Below are positions 29,413-37,991 of a stretch of DNA of 64,000 nt, piece after piece. A model generated the notes under the pieces. The model was not told where the DNA came from. It saw nothing but the letters and a program-made list of their open reading frames with translations, and did not search any database. Positions within the stretch are counted from its first letter, which is position 1, and each line of letters begins with the position of its first letter. Made by a program: the position numbers and the translations under genes. The DNA is taken from NCBI GenBank assembly GCA_958296135.2, contig CATQHZ020000001.1:3328001-3392000 (forward strand), written 5' to 3'. Origin of the DNA: an uncultured Poribacteria bacterium. Its GTDB lineage: Bacteria > Poribacteria > WGA-4E > WGA-3G.

Positions 29413-30662
29413 ATTATTCGCCGCGCCAATTCGTAGAGCAAAACGCCTGCAGCGACACCGACATTGAGCGACGCTTGGCTTTGCCTTCTTCCCGCTGCTG
29501 TTAGCACGCCAGGTGCCATCGGGATACCTACCAAGTCCGTGCAACCTTCGCGTGCCTGCACAGAAATACCGGTATGTTCATTGCCCACGACAACAGCGGT
29601 AGGCGGTTCAAGTTCTAGCGTGTAGAGGGATTTCTCGGTGTGCGCAGTCGCGCCTAGCACAGTCCAACCCGCCTTTTGAAGTGCTTCAAGTGCAGGTGCG
29701 GTATCCGCCGAGAAAAAGAGGGGAAAGCGGCCCACCGCGCCGCGCGCAGCACGAATGCAGTTTTTATGAAAAGGACTTGCGCCTTCGCCACACAGCAAAA
29801 CAGCAGAAACTCCTGCCGCGTCCGCTGTCCGCAGCGTCATTCCTAAATTATCAGGATTCCCGATATTTTCGGCGATGAGCAGCGTGCAACTCGGACTAAA
29901 GTGAAAATTTAGTTCATTAGATGCTGCCAAAAACCGGCGATAGTTGAGATGCACCGAAGCCACTACCAGCGGCACAGGACGAGTTGTGGTAACCGAACCC
30001 ATGATGCCATCGCTGACTTGGTAGTAGGCGAGATTCTCCGCATGCGCCCGCGTGAGAAGGCTTTTCCCTTCTGATGTCGCAAGGAAACCGGCAGTGTAGA
30101 GAATCGTTTCCACCGGCAATCCGTCTGCCACGGCGCGCGCAACGATGCGCGCCCCTTCTATCACAAATTGCTTGTGCGCAAGTTTGCCCTTTAAGGCGGT
30201 TAATTTCCGAAACTGTGAAGCGATTGCATCCTTGCGCCTCGAAATGGTTCGCCGTTCCGCCTTGTTCTCACTGCCCCGTTTGACACCCCGATAAAAGCAC
30301 CCTGCATCGGTTTGGACAAATTCACCCACTAGCACTTCCCTCAGCGCGTTGTCCATCCATGTCTCTGGGACATGAAACATGCCGATACTTTGCCGTGGAT
30401 AAGCGAGCAGAAGTTCGCGCAACGCCCTTTCCGTTGTGGCGGTGATGGACACTTCGTAGTCAACCCTTTCATTTTCCGCGTCCGTTTCGTGTGTCGTGCC
30501 CGTTGGCCACATTAGCATCACACCATCGATTTTTTGCCATCCAGAAACACTCACCTCATAGGAGCAATCCCCTGAGCGCGATGCCTTAAAACGGGAAACT
30601 GCATCGGAAACCTCGGTGCCTTCTCTCTCCAAAAAAGCGATGATGTTTTCGTAGATGTCCAT
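29409..30662 (-). CDS. TrmH/SpoU family RNA methyltransferase with N-terminal extension
   Basis: FVIEG, NPDNLG.TLRTADAAG, GNEHTG, IPM and SLNVGVA; about 130 extra N-terminal residues. Confidence 0.88.
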   Translation of the reverse strand: MDIYENIIAFLEREGTEVSDAVSRFKASRSGDCSYEVSVSGWQKIDGVMLMWPTGTTHETDAENERVDYEVSITATTERALRELLLAYPRQSIGMFHVPETWMDNALREVLVGEFVQTDAGCFYRGVKRGSENKAERRTISRRKDAIASQFRKLTALKGKLAHKQFVIEGARIVARAVADGLPVETILYTAGFLATSEGKSLLTRAHAENLAYYQVSDGIMGSVTTTRPVPLVVASVHLNYRRFLAASNELNFHFSPSCTLLIAENIGNPDNLGMTLRTADAAGVSAVLLCGEGASPFHKNCIRAARGAVGRFPLFFSADTAPALEALQKAGWTVLGATAHTEKSLYTLELEPPTAVVVGNEHTGISVQAREGCTDLVGIPMAPGVLTAAGRRQSQASLNVGVAAGVLLYELARRII

Positions 30663-30664
30663 AA

Positions 30665-31540
30665 TTACCAAAACGTTCCGAGATAAATCGCCCCAAGCCC
30701 GATAAATATGTCCCACTTCATCCAGCGTTGAATGAAGGCGCAGTTTTCCTTAGCGGCATCTCTCCACAACCGAATGCCCAAGTAGAGGATAACCAGATCT
30801 ACGCCGAGCACAACAACCACTAAATAGATGCCTGAATACCACCCGAATAGGTACGGGATAGGACTCAACAAGATGACTACGGCTAAGCAGACTAACGCGA
30901 TTTTCACGGCGAGTCGCGGGTTGAGAATCGCCAGCGTCTTAACACCGTTTTTCAAGTCGCCCTCCGTGTCCTCGAGGTCTTTCACAATTTCGCGCGGCAA
31001 TGTGAACAAGAACGCGAACATTGCAGGAACAAGCGTGCCTGCCACCGATTCTATCGCTACGCCGCCGGCAATGAAGGTTAACCCTGTCAATCCGCTGACA
31101 ACTAGATTGCCAATGAACGGCGTGCGTTTCAGCCAGAGCGCGTAGGTGAAAACGGCGATGGAGACGAGCATCGCGATGCCGAGTGCGTAAACGTTGATGC
31201 ACGCGCCAAGCCCGATGCCAAGAGCGATGAGGCATATCGCAAAAATCAGCGCGGCGCGCCTGCGAATGCGCCCGGAAGGGAGCGGCCGCTGGGCCCTGTT
31301 GATGCAATCGATGTCGTAATCACAGTAATCGTTTATCGCGTTTCCAGCGGAGAGCAAGACAAGTGCCGAGACAGAGACAAGCCAGATTCGGATATCAATG
31401 AGGTTCTCCCACCTGTCTGCGCTAGCAAACATGCCACCGAGCCACGCGGAAACAAAAGCGATGACACCATTCAGTGGGCGCGCCAACTCAACATAATTTT
31501 TCGTCTGTCGCAATGCGTTCGATAAAGTAGATTGGTGCAA
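30665..31540 (-). CDS. UbiA-family prenyltransferase, digeranylgeranylglyceryl phosphate (DGGGP) synthase-like
   Basis: YVELARP.N, GNAINDYCDYDIDCINR..RPLPSGRI, Y...LKRTPFIGN and REIVKDLEDTEGD motifs; TTG start inside a repeat. Confidence 0.82.
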   Translation of the reverse strand: MHQSTLSNALRQTKNYVELARPLNGVIAFVSAWLGGMFASADRWENLIDIRIWLVSVSALVLLSAGNAINDYCDYDIDCINRAQRPLPSGRIRRRAALIFAICLIALGIGLGACINVYALGIAMLVSIAVFTYALWLKRTPFIGNLVVSGLTGLTFIAGGVAIESVAGTLVPAMFAFLFTLPREIVKDLEDTEGDLKNGVKTLAILNPRLAVKIALVCLAVVILLSPIPYLFGWYSGIYLVVVVLGVDLVILYLGIRLWRDAAKENCAFIQRWMKWDIFIGLGAIYLGTFW

Positions 31541-31668
31541 TCACATGTTCCTGCGTAAACCGTCATTACGGTGCCGGTCAAACTGCCGATGCAGCTCGCC
31601 TCTCTTGAGAGGCGTAACGGTGTCAATGACTACGTTCTTGATGCTACGGACAGCTCCTCGCGCGCCGC

Positions 31669-32742
31669 TTAATCTTTGCCCTCCAACGCTCGGATTTTCG
31701 CCTCCAATTCCACCACTCGTTTCTGGAGTTTGGTAAATTCAGGGAGAAGTTCGGGCAATTTTCGGGTGGCGGCGTGGATGCGCAATTCTTGTTGATGAGG
31801 CCGCGCGGGAAACCCGGAGAGATGACTGCCGGGCGGCATATCCTTCGTCACCGCGGATTTCGCGTAAACGACACTGTCATCACCGAGGGTGAGATGCCCG
31901 GCCGCCCCTGCATGTCCCGCGATGTTCACCCGGTTACCGATGATAGTGCTCCCCGCGATGCCGGCTTGCGCGGCGATGCAACAATCTTCTCCGATAACCA
32001 CGTTATGCGCAATTTGCACGAGGTTGTCCAATTTCGTCCCGCGCTTGATGTGCGTCACCGCGAGCGTTGCCCTGTCAATGGTAGTATTCGCGCCGATCTC
32101 AACGTCGTCCTCAATGATAACCGTGCCGATCTGCGGGATTTTGTGGTGCAGCGGCGTGCTTTTCTCACGGCGTGTGCCGACCGGCGCGAAGCCGAACCCA
32201 TCACTCCCTATGACCGCGCCGCAGTGAATAATCACCCGGTCGCCGATAGTTACCTCCTCGCGGATGTTGACGTGAGGGTAAATTAACCCATCGGCTCCGA
32301 TTTTGCTGCCTTCGCCGATATAGACGAACGGCTGGATGACGGTACCCTCGCCGATTTCAACGTTGTCGCCGATGACAGCGAACGCTTGGATGGCGACGCG
32401 CTCTCCAAGTTTCACATTCTTCCCGATAATCGCTGTCTCATCAACACCGGGGAGGGCCCGATGGTTTTTGTCCCACGCGAACATCTCCAAGACCTGGACA
32501 AATGCCCAGTAGGGGTTCTCCACGCGGATAGTCGGCATTCCGTTGCTGGCGACATCGCGGCCGATGATAATCGCTGCCGCCTTCGTTGTCGCTATAGCGG
32601 CGAGATACTTCGGGTTCGCGACGAAGGTAATCTGCGTCGGACAGGCCTCTTTAATCCCCGAAACGCCGCTAATCTCAATCTCACCGTCTCCGGATAACTC
32701 GCCGCCCAACTCTTTACAAATTTGCTTGAGTTTGATACGCAT
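31669..32742 (-). CDS. lpxD: UDP-3-O-acylglucosamine N-acyltransferase
   Basis: Hexapeptide repeats, IGSDGFGF, KIPQIG, IGANTTIDRA and DNLVQIAHNV. Confidence 0.97.
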   Translation of the reverse strand: MRIKLKQICKELGGELSGDGEIEISGVSGIKEACPTQITFVANPKYLAAIATTKAAAIIIGRDVASNGMPTIRVENPYWAFVQVLEMFAWDKNHRALPGVDETAIIGKNVKLGERVAIQAFAVIGDNVEIGEGTVIQPFVYIGEGSKIGADGLIYPHVNIREEVTIGDRVIIHCGAVIGSDGFGFAPVGTRREKSTPLHHKIPQIGTVIIEDDVEIGANTTIDRATLAVTHIKRGTKLDNLVQIAHNVVIGEDCCIAAQAGIAGSTIIGNRVNIAGHAGAAGHLTLGDDSVVYAKSAVTKDMPPGSHLSGFPARPHQQELRIHAATRKLPELLPEFTKLQKRVVELEAKIRALEGKD

Positions 32743-32858
32743 TTTTTTGAATCGCTTCTTCTGTTGTTGCAGGAATCCACAGCAATGAGTGGAAAAACGT
32801 CACTCGAAAAAGGGACGTTATTTTCTCCAACCATACGAAAAATTCACCACGCACCGGG

Positions 32859-33404
32859 CTACTCGGTGTTTTCGTTTAACGAGCCTATCAACCGCTGTGT
32901 GAGATCGTGTTTTTCGTCCACATAAAGCACAACGAGCCCCTTTTCAAGGATAATGTCGTAGTCGTCCGCTTCACCGACTTCAATAATCCGGTCGCGGATC
33001 TCCTTGTAAATGGGTTCCATTAGTTCCTTCTCTTTGTTCAGCAGGCCCTGTTGGCTTTCCTGAGCCTTCCGCTGGTATTCCTGCTGTTTTCGGAGAATTT
33101 CCGCCTCCAGATCCGCTGTCTGCGCCTCCTCAACGAAGAGCTGCGTTTTCGCCTTTTTGTCTCGAAGGCTCCGGATTTCGTCCTCTAGCGCATTCAGGCT
33201 CTCCTCTAGGCGGCCCCCATACACTTGGAGGGTTCCAATAGCCGCCTTCGCTTTCTCATACCCCTCCAGCACCTTTTGCGTATTGACTACGCCGAGTTTA
33301 AAGGCCTCCTGGCCGATACTGCCAGAAATGAGGCAGAAAGAGGCGATTAAAACAATTAACATTGATAGGCGTGCTTTGGCAGCACGCGACCCAAGTGATT
33401 TCAT
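32859..33404 (-). CDS. skp: OmpH/Skp periplasmic chaperone
   Basis: Signal peptide, KLGVVN..KVL, coiled coil, YDIIL and DLT; lies between bamA and lpxD. Confidence 0.9.
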   Translation of the reverse strand: MKSLGSRAAKARLSMLIVLIASFCLISGSIGQEAFKLGVVNTQKVLEGYEKAKAAIGTLQVYGGRLEESLNALEDEIRSLRDKKAKTQLFVEEAQTADLEAEILRKQQEYQRKAQESQQGLLNKEKELMEPIYKEIRDRIIEVGEADDYDIILEKGLVVLYVDEKHDLTQRLIGSLNENTE

Positions 33405-33593
33405 TTTTTGTATTTCCTTTCGGTGACTCAGCTCCCTCCTGGGAGGGAACAGTTGTCGGGTTGAATCCTTCATCGTCGTTGACGATGACTACATTTTCGG
33501 TGCCAAAACTTAGCGAAGGCATCCCCCACGTCAGCGGATGCGCATGGCAAGTTTCCCCGCCAAGGCATCTCTATCAAACGCTCGGGGTCAAGC

Positions 33594-36071
33594 CTAAAAG
33601 CCGGGGCCCACTGTGAAATGGAATTTGCCGGCCGGTTCTCCCGTAATCCGATCCAAGCCGTAGCCCCAGCCGAGTCGCACGAGCATGCCGAGCATCGTAA
33701 AACGGGCCTCAGCACCGACTGAGCGTTTCAGGTTGATTTCACGAAAGACGTTTGTCGTGCTCTCATCCCACACCTGTCCGATGTCAAAGAATAGTGCCGC
33801 CGTAAGTTGCGGGGAAACGGGAACGCGATATTCAAAGTTGGCGAAGAATACTTTATCTCCACCGTACGGGTTTAAACTATCGGGGTAAATCTCCCAATCC
33901 TCGTAGCCGCGAAGCGTATCCACACCACCGAGGAAGAAGCGTTCATAGAAGAGGAAATACGCGTCATTGCTTTTACTGCGCATGTAACCGGCACGGGCGT
34001 GCGCCGCAAAGACGTGATTCCACCACGGGCTGTAGAACCAACTAGTGTCCGCCGAGTATTTCTGGAACTGGTTGTCCGCACCCAAAATGCCGCCTGAATA
34101 TTCATAAGAGAGCGTATTCAGAGAGCCGGCTGTCGGGTCAAACACCGAAGTGCGGTAATCGCGGGTGTCCCTGCCCACAGCGAACAGAATACTTCGCGTC
34201 GACCGGTCAACGATTTGTTCGTCCGGATTGTGTGCTTCAACCGCTTCGTTACGGAAGCGGACGGACAGGTCGATGTCTTGCGTAATCGGGTGCCCAAGCG
34301 TCACAGAAGCCCCTCTTCTGCCCCAAACATACCGGTCGTACGAGTATAAGCTCCCTGCGCGACGCAGTGCAGAACCGACTGTGCCGTAGTAGCGGCGGAA
34401 GCGGCGGTTATCGTAAAGCCGTGCGTTCAGCCGCGTCGGGGTACCTAAAATCCACGGCGTTCCGAAACTGAGCTCGGCAGTGTGATGGTCGCGGGTGCCG
34501 AGCTCGCCTTTGACATGCAAGCGGTAGGCGCGCCCTCGGAAATTATTTTGTCCAACTTCGGCCACGCCGAAGATGCCGCCTTCGCTACCGTAACCGCCCC
34601 CGAGGCTCAGCATGCCAGTGCGCGGTGTCTCCGCGATGTTCACCCTGAGGTCCTTCCGATTTTCGTCGGCAGTATCGCTTGGGACAAAGTCAACGGCACG
34701 AATGAAGGAGCCCATTTGAAACAACCGTTGCCGCGCTTTCCGCAAGGATTTGACATCCAGCAACTCTTCGGATTTAATCTTCAACCAATCTAACTCGCGT
34801 TTGACGACGTGCTCCTTCGTTTTTTCCAACCCAGTAATCACGACTTTATTGATGATGATGATGTCCCCCTCGTTGATGTTCAGGGTGATGTTCACGACAC
34901 CGTTCACTTCATCAAACACGGGAATTGGCACGACTTCCGAGAGTAGGTAGCCTTTGTCAAGATAAGCCTGCTGCAGTTTTCCGATGGATTCATCGAAAGT
35001 GCCGCGGTTGAAAATTTCGCCTTCCGCCGGGTCAAGCATCCGGCGAATCTTTTTTTCTGAGAAGACTGCCTTTGCACCGGACTCCACTTCAAGGGTATAC
35101 GCGCCGATCACAAACTCGGGGCCTTCATCCACGGTGATGTCCAAAATCAGCCCGGTCTTGTCCTCCGTGAACCGCTTTTCATGTCCCAGGACTTTCACCT
35201 GTGCAAATCCCCGGTCTTGATAGTAGTTTCGGAGGTTGAGCGCTAAGTCTTCCTCTTCAAACAGCATCTGATCGAAGGGTTTGCCGGTGCGTGTCTTGAG
35301 CTGCTTTCGCAACTTGTTGACAGAAACGCGTTTATTCCCAATGAAGTTAATCTCCTCAATCCTGACGCGAGGGCCCTCATTGATCTCAAAGGTGACCTGG
35401 ATTGTTTTGGCTGCGCGGGTTTCTCCATCCGTAGGTTCCGCCTTGCTCTTTTCGTCCGGTTCAGTGTCGGTAACCTCCTCGGTGTTGAGGGGGCGGATGT
35501 GGGTTTGGATGCTCACCAAGTAGTAGCCCTTTTCGTGGTAGAGCTGCTTGAGCACGCGCTCGCTCTCCCACTGCCGCCGTTCGCTATAAATTTCGGCAGT
35601 CCGGAACGTCAACTTATCCTTGAGTTTGCCGGCACTCAACTCTTCATTGCCGATAAAGTTGATGTCGCCAATCTTCGGGCTTTCAACCACGTTGTAGATA
35701 ACCTCTAGCCCGCCATCCTTAATGGATTCCACCGCCACCGAGATGTCGGAGAAAAAGCCGGTATCCTTGTAGAGGCTCTCAATGTCCTTCGTGAGCAGTT
35801 CCTGAGAAATTTCCTGCCCGACGTGCGTCTGAATGAGCGTCCGCAACATCTCCTCAGACGTGGTGTGAACCCCCTTAAAGGAGACCTTTCTAACGACAAG
35901 CCTCTCGTCAACTGCGGATGGGGCGGGCTCTTCCGATGCGACGGTAGGTTCCGGAGCGGCTTGCACTGCCTGTTCTTCGGCATACACCGTGCCAACGCTT
36001 AGCCCGGCGATGACGAAAAAGGATAGGCAAAGCGCAGTGATTTGGGTTAACATGTCTCTTCTTTCATCCAT
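33594..36071 (-). CDS. bamA: Outer membrane protein assembly factor BamA
   Basis: POTRA repeats, F.LGG..TLRGY and C-terminal FHFTVGPGF. Confidence 0.95.
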   Translation of the reverse strand: MDERRDMLTQITALCLSFFVIAGLSVGTVYAEEQAVQAAPEPTVASEEPAPSAVDERLVVRKVSFKGVHTTSEEMLRTLIQTHVGQEISQELLTKDIESLYKDTGFFSDISVAVESIKDGGLEVIYNVVESPKIGDINFIGNEELSAGKLKDKLTFRTAEIYSERRQWESERVLKQLYHEKGYYLVSIQTHIRPLNTEEVTDTEPDEKSKAEPTDGETRAAKTIQVTFEINEGPRVRIEEINFIGNKRVSVNKLRKQLKTRTGKPFDQMLFEEEDLALNLRNYYQDRGFAQVKVLGHEKRFTEDKTGLILDITVDEGPEFVIGAYTLEVESGAKAVFSEKKIRRMLDPAEGEIFNRGTFDESIGKLQQAYLDKGYLLSEVVPIPVFDEVNGVVNITLNINEGDIIIINKVVITGLEKTKEHVVKRELDWLKIKSEELLDVKSLRKARQRLFQMGSFIRAVDFVPSDTADENRKDLRVNIAETPRTGMLSLGGGYGSEGGIFGVAEVGQNNFRGRAYRLHVKGELGTRDHHTAELSFGTPWILGTPTRLNARLYDNRRFRRYYGTVGSALRRAGSLYSYDRYVWGRRGASVTLGHPITQDIDLSVRFRNEAVEAHNPDEQIVDRSTRSILFAVGRDTRDYRTSVFDPTAGSLNTLSYEYSGGILGADNQFQKYSADTSWFYSPWWNHVFAAHARAGYMRSKSNDAYFLFYERFFLGGVDTLRGYEDWEIYPDSLNPYGGDKVFFANFEYRVPVSPQLTAALFFDIGQVWDESTTNVFREINLKRSVGAEARFTMLGMLVRLGWGYGLDRITGEPAGKFHFTVGPGF

Positions 36072-36180
36072 TTTCTTTCCTCCTATGCAGCGGTTTTCAG
36101 CGGCGGCGTTTTTGCATGGCGAGAGACAGTCAGAGACAGTCAGAGACAGTCACTCGCCGTGTGGTATAGTGGCAGCGCGC

Positions 36181-37053
36181 CTACACGTAAATCGGCGTTC
36201 CGGTGCTGTTCGCCAACTGCCGGAATGCAGCCATAAGTTTCTGTGTCACGGCTCCGGGCTGCCCATCTCCGATGACACGTCTGTCGATGTTGACAACAGG
36301 GATAACCTCGGCTGCCGTGCCGGTTAGGAAGCACTCGTCTGCAATGTAGAGCGCGTGCCGTGTAAAGATGCGTTCTTCTACCTGCATGCCCGCGTCGCGC
36401 GCCAATTCGATGACGCTGTTCCGCGTAACGCCTTCTAAAATGCCGATGTGGACAGGCGGCGTGACAAGCACCCCGTTTTTCACCCAAAAGATATTATCGC
36501 CGCTGCACTCCACGACATAGCCATCGGCGTTGAGCATTAGCACCTCAACCGCCCCGGCTTGCTTCCCCTCAATTTTCGCCAAGATGTTATTGAGGTAGTT
36601 CAGCGACTTGATTCGGGGATTGATAGCTTCCGGATAATTCCGTCGGATTGAGGTGGTTACGATATCCAACCCCTCTTCATAAAAATTTTGTGGATAGAGG
36701 GTGATCTTATCTGCAATAATAATGATAGTGGGGTTCGGGCACTTGTCCGGGTCTAACCCCAGATCGCCGACACCGCGGGTGACGATCAAACGAATATAAG
36801 CCTCATGGAGGTTATTTCGACGGAGTGTCTCCAGTACCGTCTCCTTCATGGTTTCAATAGGAGTCGGAATCTGTAGCATAATGGATTTGGCAGAGTCGTA
36901 GAGTCGTTCGAGGTGTTCATCGAGTTTAAAGACGCGTCCGTTGTAGGAGCGGATGCCCTCAAAAACGCCGTCGCCGTAGAGCAACCCGTGGTCGAACACG
37001 GAAACTTTGGCTTCAGCCTGCGGTAAAAATTCTCCATCGATATAAATCAACAT
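36181..37053 (-). CDS. ilvE: Branched-chain amino acid aminotransferase
   Basis: DHGLLYGDGVFEGIR, KSLNY, ILEGVTR and FLTGTAAEV. Confidence 0.96.
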   Translation of the reverse strand: MLIYIDGEFLPQAEAKVSVFDHGLLYGDGVFEGIRSYNGRVFKLDEHLERLYDSAKSIMLQIPTPIETMKETVLETLRRNNLHEAYIRLIVTRGVGDLGLDPDKCPNPTIIIIADKITLYPQNFYEEGLDIVTTSIRRNYPEAINPRIKSLNYLNNILAKIEGKQAGAVEVLMLNADGYVVECSGDNIFWVKNGVLVTPPVHIGILEGVTRNSVIELARDAGMQVEERIFTRHALYIADECFLTGTAAEVIPVVNIDRRVIGDGQPGAVTQKLMAAFRQLANSTGTPIYV

Positions 37054-37169
37054 AAATCCTTCCTTCAAACCGGTAGGCGCGAGCTCGCGAACACGCCGTC
37101 TACCTTCCTATTTATTCTGATGTTGAGCCTGATTGCAGAAAATAACGTCTCCTTTCCAGTGACGTTTTT

Positions 37170-37928
37170 CTACCACTTGCCAGCAGTACTGATTTTTCCA
37201 TCGACGAGGTGAACAGTTCTGTCAGCCCGCTCGGCGAGTTCCTTATTGTGTGTGACGATAACGAACGTCTGCCCGGCTTGCGCGTTCATAAGCCATAAAA
37301 GTTCTAACACCGCCTCGCTACTGCGCGAGTCCAGATTGCCTGTCGGTTCATCAGCGAGGACAACTTGGGGTTGATTCATCAGCGCGCGTGCGATTGCGAC
37401 ACGCTGCCGTTCGCCGCCGGAGAGTTGGCTCGGGTAGTGTTCCTGCCGTTCGGAGAGTCCGACGTAGGCGAGCAACTCTTGCGCCCTCGTATAAACGCTG
37501 CGCGTATCGTAACATGAGGCAATCTCCTTCGCCTTGTCCGTATGTGGGTGTACCGAACTTTGTTGGGTAACTCCCCCGAGAATCGCGCTCATTGCAACGT
37601 TTTCAAGCGCGGTAAATTCCGGCAGCAGATGATGAAACTGAAAGACAAAGCCGATGTGCTCGTTCCGGAACCGGGCGAGTGCCTTATCGGGAAAAGTGAA
37701 GATGTCCTGTTCTTCGTAAAAGACAGTTCCTGCTGTCGGCCGGTCCAGCGCGCCGAGGATATGGAGGAGTGTGCTTTTGCCCACGCCGGATGCGCCGACG
37801 ATGGCAAGCATCTCCGAAGGACGTACCATGAAATCCACGCCTTGCAGCACTGGAAGTTCTGCTTCGCCATCATAGTAGGATTTGTGTAAATCCTTAATGC
37901 GGATGAGTGCTTCTCGCGAGTGTGTCAC
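37170..37928 (-). CDS. lolD: Lipoprotein-releasing ABC transporter ATP-binding protein
   Basis: GASGVGKST, GFVFQFHHLL, LSGGERQR and ADEPTGNLD; about 25 aa insertion. Confidence 0.92.
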   Translation of the reverse strand: MTHSREALIRIKDLHKSYYDGEAELPVLQGVDFMVRPSEMLAIVGASGVGKSTLLHILGALDRPTAGTVFYEEQDIFTFPDKALARFRNEHIGFVFQFHHLLPEFTALENVAMSAILGGVTQQSSVHPHTDKAKEIASCYDTRSVYTRAQELLAYVGLSERQEHYPSQLSGGERQRVAIARALMNQPQVVLADEPTGNLDSRSSEAVLELLWLMNAQAGQTFVIVTHNKELAERADRTVHLVDGKISTAGKW

Positions 37929-37991
37929 ACTGTCTCCCTATTTACGACTGACACGGACAGGGACAGGCCCTGTCCCTACCAGAAGAGCAAA

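Noticed and set aside
29501-29527. TTAGCAC as a CIRCE half-site upstream of the chaperone genes
   Set aside because: There is no matching GAGTGCTAA arm, and it lies inside the trmH CDS.
35405-35495. Acidic insertion in a BamA POTRA loop as repeat-derived
   Set aside because: No match to any repeat family visible in this window.
36122-36152. AGAGACAGTC x3 repeat upstream of bamA
   Set aside because: A short microsatellite in a hairpin loop with no evidence of function.
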